From Candidatus Udaeobacter sp. (GTDB taxonomy: Bacteria; Verrucomicrobiota; Verrucomicrobiia; Chthoniobacterales; UBA10450): 51,413 nt of DNA. Positions 10,206 through 19,399 of this stretch are shown here, piece by piece. Location: NCBI GenBank assembly GCA_049802315.1, contig JBARMF010000042.1, forward strand, positions 1 through 51,413, in the 5' to 3' direction. Numbering within the stretch: position 1 is the stretch's first letter; every line of letters begins with the position of its first letter. The notes beneath the pieces were generated by a model. That model was not told the origin of the DNA and made no database searches. It saw only the letters and a program-made list of their open reading frames with translations. The translations under genes were made by a program, and so were the position numbers.

Positions 10206-10961
10206 TTATCCAGATAATACACTGGGATTTAGGCGATCCTTCGAGGTTCTCTTGGGCCCCTGGTTCAATGGTGGCTGAATTGCTCGGTGCGCGATACGGC
10301 CCAAAACAACCAAGAGCAACACGGTTGTTATGAACGCGCCCCCCCAAATCCAATACTCGAGTGTCTTAGGGTAACTTTTGCCGCGCATGATGCGCACTGC
10401 AAGCTGCCCCAGCGTCCCCACGTATGCGTAAAAGAAAAGGCCAGGCATACGGCCAATCGAAGCCCAAAGCATGTAGGTACTAAAGCGGATTCGCGTCAGC
10501 CCATAAAAGTAGTTCAGCAGACTGGTAGGAAATAGCGGATGCAACTGGCTCAAAAGAATGATCTTCCAGCTCTCGCTTTCAACGGCGGGACCAAGCGCCC
10601 TCAATGTTGGGTTAGCTGAGAGCTTTCGCTGAAACCACCGCCTAGCGACGAAGCGACTCAGCGAAAACGAAATTGCGGTCGAAACGATGTTGCCCGCAAA
10701 CACGATCAAAAATCCCCACCATAGTCCGAAGAAGAAACCGCTTCCCACTGCGAGGACACCTCCCGGCAGTAAAAGGATATTACAAGCTGCAAACAGCAAT
10801 GGATAGCAAATCCCGGCCCAAGCGCCCCAACTCATCACACCCTCTTGCAAGGCTCCAACAAAACTGACAACGGGAAAGAAGCGGGAAAGCATTACCGCGA
10901 GGGAAATCGCAGCCACGATGGCTGCACCTTGCCAGAAAATAATGCGGCGGACAGTCAGCAC
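10206..10961 (-). CDS. TVP38/TMEM64 (DedA-related VTT domain) membrane protein
   Basis: 251 aa and polytopic. LLPGGVLAVGSGFFFG and the downstream pattern are typical of the TVP38/TMEM64 family. Confidence 0.7.
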   Translation of the reverse strand: MLTVRRIIFWQGAAIVAAISLAVMLSRFFPVVSFVGALQEGVMSWGAWAGICYPLLFAACNILLLPGGVLAVGSGFFFGLWWGFLIVFAGNIVSTAISFSLSRFVARRWFQRKLSANPTLRALGPAVESESWKIILLSQLHPLFPTSLLNYFYGLTRIRFSTYMLWASIGRMPGLFFYAYVGTLGQLAVRIMRGKSYPKTLEYWIWGGAFITTVLLLVVLGRIAHRAIQPPLNQGPKRTSKDRLNPSVLSG

Positions 10962-11081
10962 CCTGAGAGTGTGCGCACGCCGCGCAGTCTGCGCAAATGT
11001 TAGCGGCTGTGTGTAAAACGGCTCGAATCATGCATAAAAGACACGAAGCCTCTGAAAGTGCGGCCCAATCGTTTGCTACAG

Positions 11082-12005
11082 TTAAACGCTCGATGCTTGC
11101 AGATTCCGATGCCGCGCAATGCCGAGACTGTCTACGATCATTCGAGTAGCGTCCGACTGGTTGAGCGTGTAGAAATGGATACCGGCAACATTATTAGCGA
11201 TGAGATCATCGCATTGTTCCAATGCGTATTGAATGCCAGCTCGCCTGACCATCTCTGGATCATTTTGGCAAGGCTGCAGAGCACGCAATAGCTTCGCGGG
11301 AAAGCGTGCACCGCCAGCCAGATCGGCCATGCGTTTCAGTCCGCCGATGGAGGTAATCGGCATGATTCCGGCGATAACTGGGATGTGAATACCCGCGAGC
11401 GCGCAGCGTTCCTTAAAATCGAGAAAGTCGCGATTATCGAAAAACAGTTGTGTGACAATGTAATCAGCGCCGGCGTCGACCTTTGCTTTGAAATAATCCA
11501 TTTCAACCAGTCTATTTGGCGTGGCCGGATGTCCTTCGGGAAAACCAGCAACTCCAATCCCGAAACCTCGGCGGTCAGGATGGGCGCCGGATTCGTTGAA
11601 ACGGCGAACAAATTTTACCAGGTCGATCGCATGTTGGAACGAGTCGCGCGATTTATCGTAAGCTATCCCAGCCGGCCGATCGCCGCCAAGCGCGAGAATG
11701 TTTCCAATGAGTGACGTTGCGTATCGGCGGAGAATCGTTTCGATTTCCTCTTCGTTGTGGCAGACGCAGGTAAGATGCGGGATGGGGTCCAGTTTTGTCG
11801 TGTGTTGAATGCGCTGCACGAGATCGTGGGTCAACTCACGCGTCGAGCCGCCGGCGCCATAAGTCACGCTGACAAAATCGGGCATGTACGACTCGAGATC
11901 GCGAATCGTCTGATAGAGCGTCTCCGCGGCCTGTGGCGTCTTGGGCGGAAAGAACTCGAACGAAAACGTAGGAGAATGTCCCCGCATGATTTCGGTGATA
12001 TGCAT
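11082..12005 (-). CDS. metF: 5,10-methylenetetrahydrofolate reductase
   Basis: The track ORF extends to 12146. I chose the ATG at 12005 (MHITEIMRGHSPTFSFEFFPPKT...), which matches the canonical MetF N-terminus. Also has SVTYGAGGSTR and YIVTQLFFD. Confidence 0.9.
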   Translation of the reverse strand: MHITEIMRGHSPTFSFEFFPPKTPQAAETLYQTIRDLESYMPDFVSVTYGAGGSTRELTHDLVQRIQHTTKLDPIPHLTCVCHNEEEIETILRRYATSLIGNILALGGDRPAGIAYDKSRDSFQHAIDLVKFVRRFNESGAHPDRRGFGIGVAGFPEGHPATPNRLVEMDYFKAKVDAGADYIVTQLFFDNRDFLDFKERCALAGIHIPVIAGIMPITSIGGLKRMADLAGGARFPAKLLRALQPCQNDPEMVRRAGIQYALEQCDDLIANNVAGIHFYTLNQSDATRMIVDSLGIARHRNLQASSV

Positions 12006-12302
12006 GAGTCGGCGCTTATCTTCGTTCCTGCTGCGACTTTCGGTCAAATCATCGCGAAATGCGACACCGCGCTGCAGTCGCCACAACTGGCAGACAGAAT
12101 TTGAAATCGTCACATTTTGATCCCTCGCGATGGCAAAGCTTGGCACCCAAAGTTACGGTGGAAACGAGCGAAGCCGATCGTGGACTGATTTGTTCGGGAC
12201 GAAAATACGTCTGGCAGCAGCAGGCGACTGACGCGCTGCCGGCGTTCAACTGGGCTCGCTGCCAATATCTCTAGAACAATGCGTTCCGTCTGGCAGCCGG
12301 GA

Positions 12303-12668
12303 TTATTTCGGCGAACGCGTGTCGGCGTGGGTTTTAATGTCGCGCCTTTGCTTGTCTACAACACGACGCAGTTCCCGCTCCATGGTTTTGAATGCGTCGT
12401 GGATGACCTTCTTGATCGGTTCGTGAGTACCGTTATCCATTTGCCTTTCATCGGCCACAAGCTCGTGGCGCGGCGCCACGGTCACATCAATGCGGCACCG
12501 GTATGGATTGCCTTTGTGATGGTTATGATTGGTTTGTTCGATTGCGACATCGCAGCGGTTAATGTGATCACAAAATCTTTCGAGTCTTTGTGCATAATCC
12601 AAAATGACGTTGTCGATCTGGTCAGACTTTTCCAGACCCCGATACGAGATCTTAACAGGCAGTTGCAT
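12303..12668 (-). CDS. hpf: ribosome hibernation-promoting factor / RaiA family (short form)
   Basis: 121 aa. MQLPVKISYRGLEKSDQIDNVILDYAQRLERF...V fits the HPF/YfiA (sigma-54 modulation protein) pattern. Confidence 0.85.
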   Translation of the reverse strand: MQLPVKISYRGLEKSDQIDNVILDYAQRLERFCDHINRCDVAIEQTNHNHHKGNPYRCRIDVTVAPRHELVADERQMDNGTHEPIKKVIHDAFKTMERELRRVVDKQRRDIKTHADTRSPK

Positions 12669-12735
12669 AATTAGTTAGATACTAGGGCGCTAGTCGCCGT
12701 TGAGGGAACAAAAAATCGCGGCTCCACCATTCCAT

Positions 12736-13203
12736 TTAGATTTGACGCAACGATCGGAAATGGCTGATCAGTCTGGCCGGTTCGACTTTTACCAAATCCG
12801 ATTTCACGTGTTCGACAATTCGCTGTCGCACATCGCCAGGCAACAAATCTACGATCGCCGCGTGGATTTCCGCAGGTGCTGCAAACGACCAGCCGTCCTT
12901 GCCGTTTTGCGAAACAATTTTCGCGATTTGGTCGGCCAACTCTTTTTGAATTCGCCGGTCCGTCTCCGTGACCAACTGCGTGCGCTCGGCAATTGACGCC
13001 GGCCCGCGGTGCGCACCCGCGCCTTCGGTTACAGGGAACCGCCCGGCCGAGTCGCTCACCTTATCGACGAGTCTTCCGTGCGCGTCAGTCATGTCGAATG
13101 CTTGCACGAGCTGCAGGCTCGGTCCGCGTGTCGGCGTTTCGTGTACGCGATAAGCTTTCAAGCTGCCGCGATCAGTGACGATCACAAGAGAACTCGGTGT
13201 CAT
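12736..13203 (-). CDS. host-attachment-protein-like (eRF1-related, baeRF12-type) protein
   Basis: 155 aa. The N-terminal LVIVTDRGSLKAYRV, central DSAGRF and C-terminal FAAPAEIHAAIVDLLPGDVRQRIVEHVKSDL follow, from my memory of the family, the Host_attach pattern. Not verified by search. Confidence 0.5.
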   Translation of the reverse strand: MTPSSLVIVTDRGSLKAYRVHETPTRGPSLQLVQAFDMTDAHGRLVDKVSDSAGRFPVTEGAGAHRGPASIAERTQLVTETDRRIQKELADQIAKIVSQNGKDGWSFAAPAEIHAAIVDLLPGDVRQRIVEHVKSDLVKVEPARLISHFRSLRQI

Positions 13204-13311
13204 GGCAAATCACTGGCGGCGCACGTGTCTGCTATCCTATAAGTAAAATCGTTAGCCGTTGCAACATCGCGCTTGTTTGAAACTTGTATGTTCCGCACGT
13301 GGGCGCGTCGG

Positions 13312-15558
13312 TTAGCCGCTGCGTCTCTCGCGTTCTTCCTCGGCGCTGAACCGGGGAAATTCGACGTGCCGCCTTTTCCAGGATTCTTCGCGCGCCTGAG
13401 CTTGTGTGCCGCCGACAAGTTGCAGCAAACAACAAGCTCGCCCGGCGAGATCGACATCATCCCCCGAGGCAAATCCTTTCGGCTCCGCCACAAAACCCGC
13501 CGCGTCGTTCGTGTCGAGAATCAATTGCCACTCGAGATGTTCCTGGCCAGGTAAGACAAAGGCGATGGGCTCGTAATGCGCGTTGATCAATAACAGAAAC
13601 GTGTCGTCACGGACTGCTTCGCCCTCGAAGTTGAGCACGTCGGTTGCATCCCCACTCAACAGCATGCCGAGACATCGCACGAACGGCGACGTCCATTCTT
13701 CCTCTGTCATCTGGTTGCCACCGGGGTTGAACCACATCACATCTCGAATCTCCGAGCCGCGGATACGGCGACCTTTTAGGAACTTCGGCCGCCGAAAAAC
13801 CGCATGTTCTTTTCGGAGCTGTATCAATCTTCGCGTGAACTCAAAAAACTGATTCTGCTTTTCGTCACGTTCCCAGTTAAACCAACTGATCTTGTTATCC
13901 TGACAATAAGCATTGTTGTTGCCGTTTTGTGTCCGACCCAACTCATCCCCGCCGCAGAGCATTGGCACGCCTTGGGAAAGAAACAATGTCGTGAGAAAAT
14001 TGCGGCGCTGTCGGTCGCGCAATGCATCGATCTGCGGGTCGTTTGTCGGACCTTCGACGCCGCAATTCCACGATTGATTATTGTTGTCGCCGTCGCGGTT
14101 TTCGTCGTTGTTCAGCTCGTTGTGCTTTTCGTTGTAGCTGACCAAATCGGTCAGTGTGAATCCATCATGGACTGTAACGAAGTTGACGCTCGCGTAAGGC
14201 CGCCGGCCGTGATGTTCGTAGAGATCGGGGCTTCCGGTGAGTCGATACGCCATTTCACCAATGCGGCCTTCATCGCCTTTCCAAAAACCGCGGACCGCGT
14301 CGCGGTATTTGCCGTTCCATTCCGACCAGGGTGGAGGAAAGTTGCCTACCTGATACCCGCCTTCTCCGACATCCCACGGTTCTGCGATCAACTTCACCTG
14401 CGAGAGCACCGGGTCCTGCTGAATTACTTGGAAGAACGGATGAAGCGTACTGAACCCCGAATGATTGCGCGCTAGTTCGGTTGCGAGATCGAATCGAAAC
14501 CCGTCCACGTGCATCTCCTCCACCCAGTACCGCAAACTGTCGGTCACCAATTGTAGCGTCCGTGGATTAAGCAGATTCAAACTGTTACCGGTGCCTGCAA
14601 AATCGAGATAGAACCGGGGTTTCTCAGGGTGCAGCCAGTAGTAGGAAAGATTATCGATTCCCCGGAAACAAAGCGTTGGTCCGAGATGATTTCCTTCCGC
14701 GGTATGATTATAAACCACGTCGAGAATCACTTCGATGCCGGCAGAGTGCAGGCTGCGCACCATCGCTTTGAACTCGGCAACCTGTTGCCCCATTTGTCCG
14801 CTGCTGGAATATTCTGCATGCGGAGCGAAAAAGCCGATCGTGTTGTAACCCCAGTAGTTCGTTAGGCCGTTCTCAACCAAAAGTTTTTCATTGGTGTGAG
14901 CGTGGACGGGGAGCAGTTCCACTGCAGTCACACCAAGCTTTTTGAAATAGTCGATCGCAGGCGGACTAGCCAGACCCGCATAGGTGCCGCGCAAATGCTC
15001 AGGCAAGTGCGGCCAAAGTTTGCTGAAACCTTTAACGTGCACTTCATAGATCACGGATTCATGCAGTGGAATCGCCGGCCTTTTGTCATTCTGCCAGTCG
15101 AATCCGGAATCGATCACGAGTGATTTCGGGACGCCCGACGCATCGTCCCGCAAATCCTGAGTCAAATCTTCCTTCTCATTCCCGATGACATAACCGAACA
15201 CTTCATCGGCCCAGTTCACCGCTCCCACGATCGCTTTCGCGTACGGATCGAGGAGGAGCTTCGAGCTGTTGAAACGCAGGCCTCTCTCTGGCGCGTACGG
15301 TCCGGATACGCGAAAACCGTACAACTGTCCCGGCCGGGCGTCGGGCAAAAAGACATGCCACACCTGGTCAGTACACTCATTGATCGGGATTCGAACGTAT
15401 TCTTTCGCGTCTTCCATGCTGTCGAACAAGCAGAGCTCAACGCTGCTGGCGTGCTCGGAAAAAATCGCAAAGTTCACCCCATTACCCATCCAGGTTGCCC
15501 CTAGCGGATACGGCTGACCGAGAAACCTTCGTAATTGAGTCATAAACGGGCCGCGCAT
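13312..15558 (-). CDS. glgX: glycogen debranching enzyme GlgX (GH13)
   Basis: 748 aa. PYPLGATWMGNGVNFAIFSEHA N-domain, then VILDVVYNHT, GFRFDLA, EPWD and FVTVHDGFT, which are GH13 regions I-IV. The start could be the Met at 15543. Confidence 0.93.
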   Translation of the reverse strand: MRGPFMTQLRRFLGQPYPLGATWMGNGVNFAIFSEHASSVELCLFDSMEDAKEYVRIPINECTDQVWHVFLPDARPGQLYGFRVSGPYAPERGLRFNSSKLLLDPYAKAIVGAVNWADEVFGYVIGNEKEDLTQDLRDDASGVPKSLVIDSGFDWQNDKRPAIPLHESVIYEVHVKGFSKLWPHLPEHLRGTYAGLASPPAIDYFKKLGVTAVELLPVHAHTNEKLLVENGLTNYWGYNTIGFFAPHAEYSSSGQMGQQVAEFKAMVRSLHSAGIEVILDVVYNHTAEGNHLGPTLCFRGIDNLSYYWLHPEKPRFYLDFAGTGNSLNLLNPRTLQLVTDSLRYWVEEMHVDGFRFDLATELARNHSGFSTLHPFFQVIQQDPVLSQVKLIAEPWDVGEGGYQVGNFPPPWSEWNGKYRDAVRGFWKGDEGRIGEMAYRLTGSPDLYEHHGRRPYASVNFVTVHDGFTLTDLVSYNEKHNELNNDENRDGDNNNQSWNCGVEGPTNDPQIDALRDRQRRNFLTTLFLSQGVPMLCGGDELGRTQNGNNNAYCQDNKISWFNWERDEKQNQFFEFTRRLIQLRKEHAVFRRPKFLKGRRIRGSEIRDVMWFNPGGNQMTEEEWTSPFVRCLGMLLSGDATDVLNFEGEAVRDDTFLLLINAHYEPIAFVLPGQEHLEWQLILDTNDAAGFVAEPKGFASGDDVDLAGRACCLLQLVGGTQAQAREESWKRRHVEFPRFSAEEERERRSG

Positions 15559-15630
15559 TTATCCGGCATTGGTCCCATGTTAGCAATGAGGAACGGCGCG
15601 CGGGATAAATTCTGACGTAGTTGTGTTTGC

Positions 15631-16179
15631 TTGAAACTCGAATCGAAACCTCACAACGTGAAACTCACGATAATATTCGCTCCCCTAATTCTGATTTGTG
15701 CTTTCGCGATTTACCTCTACGCGCATCACAATTGGAATTTATTGCCAGCCGGAACCACGATCGATCGCATCGTTGTGGAAAAATCAGCGAGGCGATTGTC
15801 AGTGTGTCGAAATGGTAATCAGATAAAGACCTATCGAATGGCTTTGGGCCGGAATCCGCGAGGCGCGAAGCAGGAAGAAGGCGACATGAAAACGCCGGAA
15901 GGGATCTACAAGATCGATGGCCGAAATCCGGAAAGCAGTTTCCATCTGGCGTTGCACGTTTCTTATCCATCGGGTGAAGACGTTAAGCGTGCCGCTGAAC
16001 GCGGAGTTTCGGCGGGTTATGACATCATGGTCCACGGAATTCAAAACGGACGCGGCTGGATTGGCGCGTTTCATCGCTGGAACGATTGGACCGCCGGTTG
16101 CATCGCAGTTACCGACGAAGAGATCGAGGAACTCTGGCGGGTTACACCGGACGGCACGACAATCGAGATTCGTCCATGA
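15631..16179 (+). CDS. L,D-transpeptidase (YkuD) domain protein
   Basis: 182 aa with an N-terminal TM anchor and the catalytic motif HG...WTAGCIAVTDEEIEELW (H...GC). The start is non-ATG in the track; the GTG at 15658 is an alternative. Confidence 0.8.
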   Translation: MKLESKPHNVKLTIIFAPLILICAFAIYLYAHHNWNLLPAGTTIDRIVVEKSARRLSVCRNGNQIKTYRMALGRNPRGAKQEEGDMKTPEGIYKIDGRNPESSFHLALHVSYPSGEDVKRAAERGVSAGYDIMVHGIQNGRGWIGAFHRWNDWTAGCIAVTDEEIEELWRVTPDGTTIEIRP

Positions 16180-16204
16180 GGGACCAGGCGGCCGAACGAT
16201 TTTC

Positions 16205-16624
16205 CTAAAGCCCCTCAAGCACACGTCGCGCTTTTAGGACATTCGATGGTCGTAAAATAATCAGACCTTTTTCCGCTTCGCGGCCGGCGGCGAGATAGGT
16301 GTATTCAATGTTCACTTCGGCCTCGGCGAGGCGCTCCGCGATCTTACCCAGAACACCCGGCTCGCTAGCGGTCTCGATACTGAGCACGTCGCTCTCAAGC
16401 GCGAGTACTCCGGCTTCGCCTAAGAGCATGAGCGCCTTCGTAGGATCGCTCACCACCATCCGCACAACGGTGTGATCGACGGTATCAGATGTAGCCAACG
16501 CGTAGATGTTGATCCCGGCATTGGCCAACGCCTCACACACGCGCGCGAGTGCGCCGGGACGATTAGCAAGGAAAACCGCCAACTGCGTGGCCGTTTCGAC
16601 GGAGAGCCTGGGATATGCGTTCAT
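16205..16624 (-). CDS. tandem ACT-domain (amino-acid-binding) protein
   Basis: The track ORF runs to 16876. I chose the ATG at 16624 (MNAYPRLSVETATQLAVFLANRPGALARVCEALANAGINIYAL...). There are two ACT-like beta-alpha-beta-beta-alpha-beta units. It is divergent from an amino acid permease. Confidence 0.75.
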   Translation of the reverse strand: MNAYPRLSVETATQLAVFLANRPGALARVCEALANAGINIYALATSDTVDHTVVRMVVSDPTKALMLLGEAGVLALESDVLSIETASEPGVLGKIAERLAEAEVNIEYTYLAAGREAEKGLIILRPSNVLKARRVLEGL

Positions 16625-16760
16625 GCTCCTGCAAACTGATACCTGGAAGCGCTTCTGACAACCAACGAAAGTGGTCTGGCAAAGCATAAAACCGTTCTTG
16701 GCGTTGAACCTTGGATGTTCGGCATTCTGGAGTAAGAAACTTGAAGAGAATCTGCCACGG

Positions 16761-18101
16761 ATGACCACACTTACCCAGCCTGCTTCGGTTAAGTCTGCAC
16801 CGCCCAGGCGGACCATCGGCTTCGTGACCGCGTGCGCGATCGTGATTTCCAACATCATTGGCACCGGCATCTTCACGAGCCTTGGCTTTCAATTAAATGA
16901 TATTCAGTCTGGATTCGCGCTGTTGATGCTCTGGGTCATCGGTGGAATTGCTGCGCTCTGCGGCGCGCTCTGTTACGGTGAACTCGCCGCTGCAATGCCG
17001 CGTTCCGGCGGCGAATACCATTTTCTCTCGAAAATTTATCATCCATCGCTTGGGTTCATGGCGGGATTCGTCTCTGCTACGGTTGGATTTGCAGCGCCTG
17101 TTGCACTCGCCGCGTTGGCGTTTGGGCAATATTTCAACGGAGTTTTCGGCGCCGGTTCGCCGCTTGTTCTGTCGTTCGTAGTTGTTTGGATAGTCACGGT
17201 TTTCCATGTGGTGAATCTGCGAGTCGGGAGCGTATTCCACAATGTTTCGACGCTCGTGAAATTGCTTCTTGTCGGCGCGCTGATTGGCGCGGGCTTCTTC
17301 GTTCCATCAAAACAGCCGATCAGTTTCTTGCCTGCCCCAGGCGACAAAACCGCGATCCTCAGCGGGCCATTCGCGGTCGCACTCGTTTACGTGATGTATT
17401 CCTACTCCGGTTGGAATGCGTCGGCATATATCAGCAGCGAGATCAAGCGACCTGAGAAAAACGTACTACGCTCCCTGCTCGCCGGCACCAGCTTGGTGAT
17501 CGTGATTTATGTGCTGCTGAACGCCATCTTTCTCGCGGCCACGCCTGCGGAGGAATTGAAAGGCCAGCTCGAAGTCGCCTTAATCGCAGGTAAACACATT
17601 TTTGGCGAAAACGGCGGGCGATTTGCCGGCGCTATCATTTGTCTCGGCCTGGTTGCCGCCATCAGCTCGATGACGTGGATTGGGCCACGCGTGACCATGT
17701 CGATGGGCGAAGATCATTGGCTGCTGCGATGGCTCGGCGGGAAAAATAAAAATGGCATCCCCATAAATGCCATTTTCCTGCAACTGCTCTTCGTGAATCT
17801 ACTTCTGCTGACCCAAAGCTTCCAGAACGTGGTCCGCTACACGCAATTCAGTTTGCTGCTTTGCTCGTTGCTTGCTGTGCTGGGAGTGATCGTGCTTCGT
17901 TTCACGCGTCCCGAAATGACGCGACCATACCGGGTTTGGCTTTACCCCATTCCTCCTGTTGTTTTTTCGGTAATCACGATTTGGATGATGTTTTATTTAT
18001 TGCGCTCGCACGCTGCCGAATCGCTGGCCGGTTTAGCAACGGCGCTGTTGGGTCTGCTAATCTATTTTTGCGCGCAAAAGCGCCGTGATCGCTCGCCATG
18101 A
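16761..18101 (+). CDS. APC-family amino acid permease
   Basis: The track ORF starts at 16671. The ATG at 16761 (MTTLTQPAS...) is the more plausible start. Has NIIGTGIF and GELAAAMPRSGGEYHFL motifs and is polytopic. Confidence 0.8.
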   Translation: MTTLTQPASVKSAPPRRTIGFVTACAIVISNIIGTGIFTSLGFQLNDIQSGFALLMLWVIGGIAALCGALCYGELAAAMPRSGGEYHFLSKIYHPSLGFMAGFVSATVGFAAPVALAALAFGQYFNGVFGAGSPLVLSFVVVWIVTVFHVVNLRVGSVFHNVSTLVKLLLVGALIGAGFFVPSKQPISFLPAPGDKTAILSGPFAVALVYVMYSYSGWNASAYISSEIKRPEKNVLRSLLAGTSLVIVIYVLLNAIFLAATPAEELKGQLEVALIAGKHIFGENGGRFAGAIICLGLVAAISSMTWIGPRVTMSMGEDHWLLRWLGGKNKNGIPINAIFLQLLFVNLLLLTQSFQNVVRYTQFSLLLCSLLAVLGVIVLRFTRPEMTRPYRVWLYPIPPVVFSVITIWMMFYLLRSHAAESLAGLATALLGLLIYFCAQKRRDRSP

Positions 18102-19225
18102 AAACAAATTGCACCGCTCTATCGATAGCTCTCAGCCTTGTGAGTGCGCTGACGGTTTGCGCGCAGGAAAATCCGGAAGTTGCGCCACGAGCAATTCCGG
18201 TCAACACCGGTCCAAATGAGGTTGCGCATTTTCTTGCCGGAATGCCGGTGTCGGAGAATTCGCCGCTCGCGCCGCTGACGCGAGATCCAGCGTGGCAGGC
18301 GCATTCTGCATTTTTTGAAGAGCAATTCTCAAAAGTAAACCTCAGGCAGCTCCAGAAATTGCACGAATGGCAATCGACGTATCTCCCCGAATCAGCTCAA
18401 CCAAAACCCGTGGTGTTTTACATGTTTAGCGGGCCCGATTTTTTGTATGTGGATCAATTCTTTCCAAGGGCCGCAGTGTACGTGCTTTGCGGAAAAGAAG
18501 CTTTGGGCTCGCCACCGGACCCGTTGCGCATCCCGAACTTGTCCGGCGCGCTCGGGAATCTGGAGAACGCAATGAAGTCCTCGCTCAACACGACCTACTT
18601 CATCACAAAAGATATGAAGGTCGATCTGCACGAACAGAACTTGAACGGCGTGCTGCCGATTCTTTACACTTGCATCGCGCGCGCGAATAAATCGATCACC
18701 AGCGTCTCGGTCGGATCGCTTAGCAGCGGCGGCGTATTTGAAGAAGCCGCGCCCGGCAGAAAAGGCGGTAGCACCGATGGAGTACGTATTCGTTACACCG
18801 ACAACGAATCCGGCACCGGGCAGACGCTATATTATTTTACCACCGATATTTCTGACGGCGGCATCAAAGCAAGTCCCGGTTTCCTGAAATTTTGCCAACG
18901 TCTCGGCACGGGCGAGAGCTTTCTAAAATCGCCATCGTACCTGTTGTTCGAAAGCGGTTTTGGCACCATTCGCAATTTCATTCTCGATCATAGCAACATG
19001 ATCGTGCAGGACGATTCAGGGATTCCGCTCGCTTACTTCGATCCTAACAAGTGGAATCTGCGTTTCTTTGGCGTTTATCTCGGCCCCATCGACGTGTTCA
19101 AACAATATTATCAGCCCCGGCTGCAGGAACTCTACCAACAAACCAATCCGCAGCCGCTCGACTTCGGATTCGGTTACCGATGGAATTACAAGGAAGCGAA
19201 TCTGATTGTCGCCACGCGGAAGTAA
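18098..19225 (+). CDS. secreted or lipoprotein-like hypothetical protein; I recognise no family
   Basis: 375 aa with a signal peptide (MKTNCTALSIALSLVSALTVCAQ). Its ATG overlaps the stop of the upstream permease (ATGA at 18098-18101). It is a long uninterrupted ORF with composition like its neighbours. Confidence 0.6.
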   Translation: MKTNCTALSIALSLVSALTVCAQENPEVAPRAIPVNTGPNEVAHFLAGMPVSENSPLAPLTRDPAWQAHSAFFEEQFSKVNLRQLQKLHEWQSTYLPESAQPKPVVFYMFSGPDFLYVDQFFPRAAVYVLCGKEALGSPPDPLRIPNLSGALGNLENAMKSSLNTTYFITKDMKVDLHEQNLNGVLPILYTCIARANKSITSVSVGSLSSGGVFEEAAPGRKGGSTDGVRIRYTDNESGTGQTLYYFTTDISDGGIKASPGFLKFCQRLGTGESFLKSPSYLLFESGFGTIRNFILDHSNMIVQDDSGIPLAYFDPNKWNLRFFGVYLGPIDVFKQYYQPRLQELYQQTNPQPLDFGFGYRWNYKEANLIVATRK

Positions 19226-19353
19226 TCTGTCCTCTCGAGCGCAGCCGAGAATGGAGTGGCTGGGAAGCCGCGACATGGACGGGAAGGCCGGAGGCTGAGC
19301 GAACGGGAAGTGAGCGAATCAAATCTCGTGGCAAACTTTATCGGTAATTTCGC

Positions 19354-19393
19354 GGGATCCTTCGACTTTGCTGCGCTTCGCGAGGATGACGCA
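19354..19393. repeat. long variant of the short hairpin repeat (gggatccttcgactttgctgcgcttcgcgaggatgacgca)
   Basis: Shares the gatccNtcgactt and ggatgac ends with the 286-314 and 47809-47837 copies. It lies 6 nt beyond the stop of the amidase gene. Confidence 0.5.
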
Positions 19394-19399
19394 GAACCG

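Noticed and set aside
12006-12302. Possible SAM/SAH riboswitch in the 298-nt metF leader
   Set aside because: I looked for S-box elements (GAGGGA ... GGUGCUAA in order) and for the SAH-riboswitch core. Only scattered, wrongly ordered fragments are present (ggtgccaa before gagggat). An Rfam cmscan would settle it, but I cannot support a call.
13804-14475. 223-aa plus-strand ORF inside glgX
   Set aside because: It is entirely antisense to the conserved GH13 catalytic core of GlgX. The sequence is low-complexity and hydrophobic, typical of shadow ORFs in GC-rich DNA.
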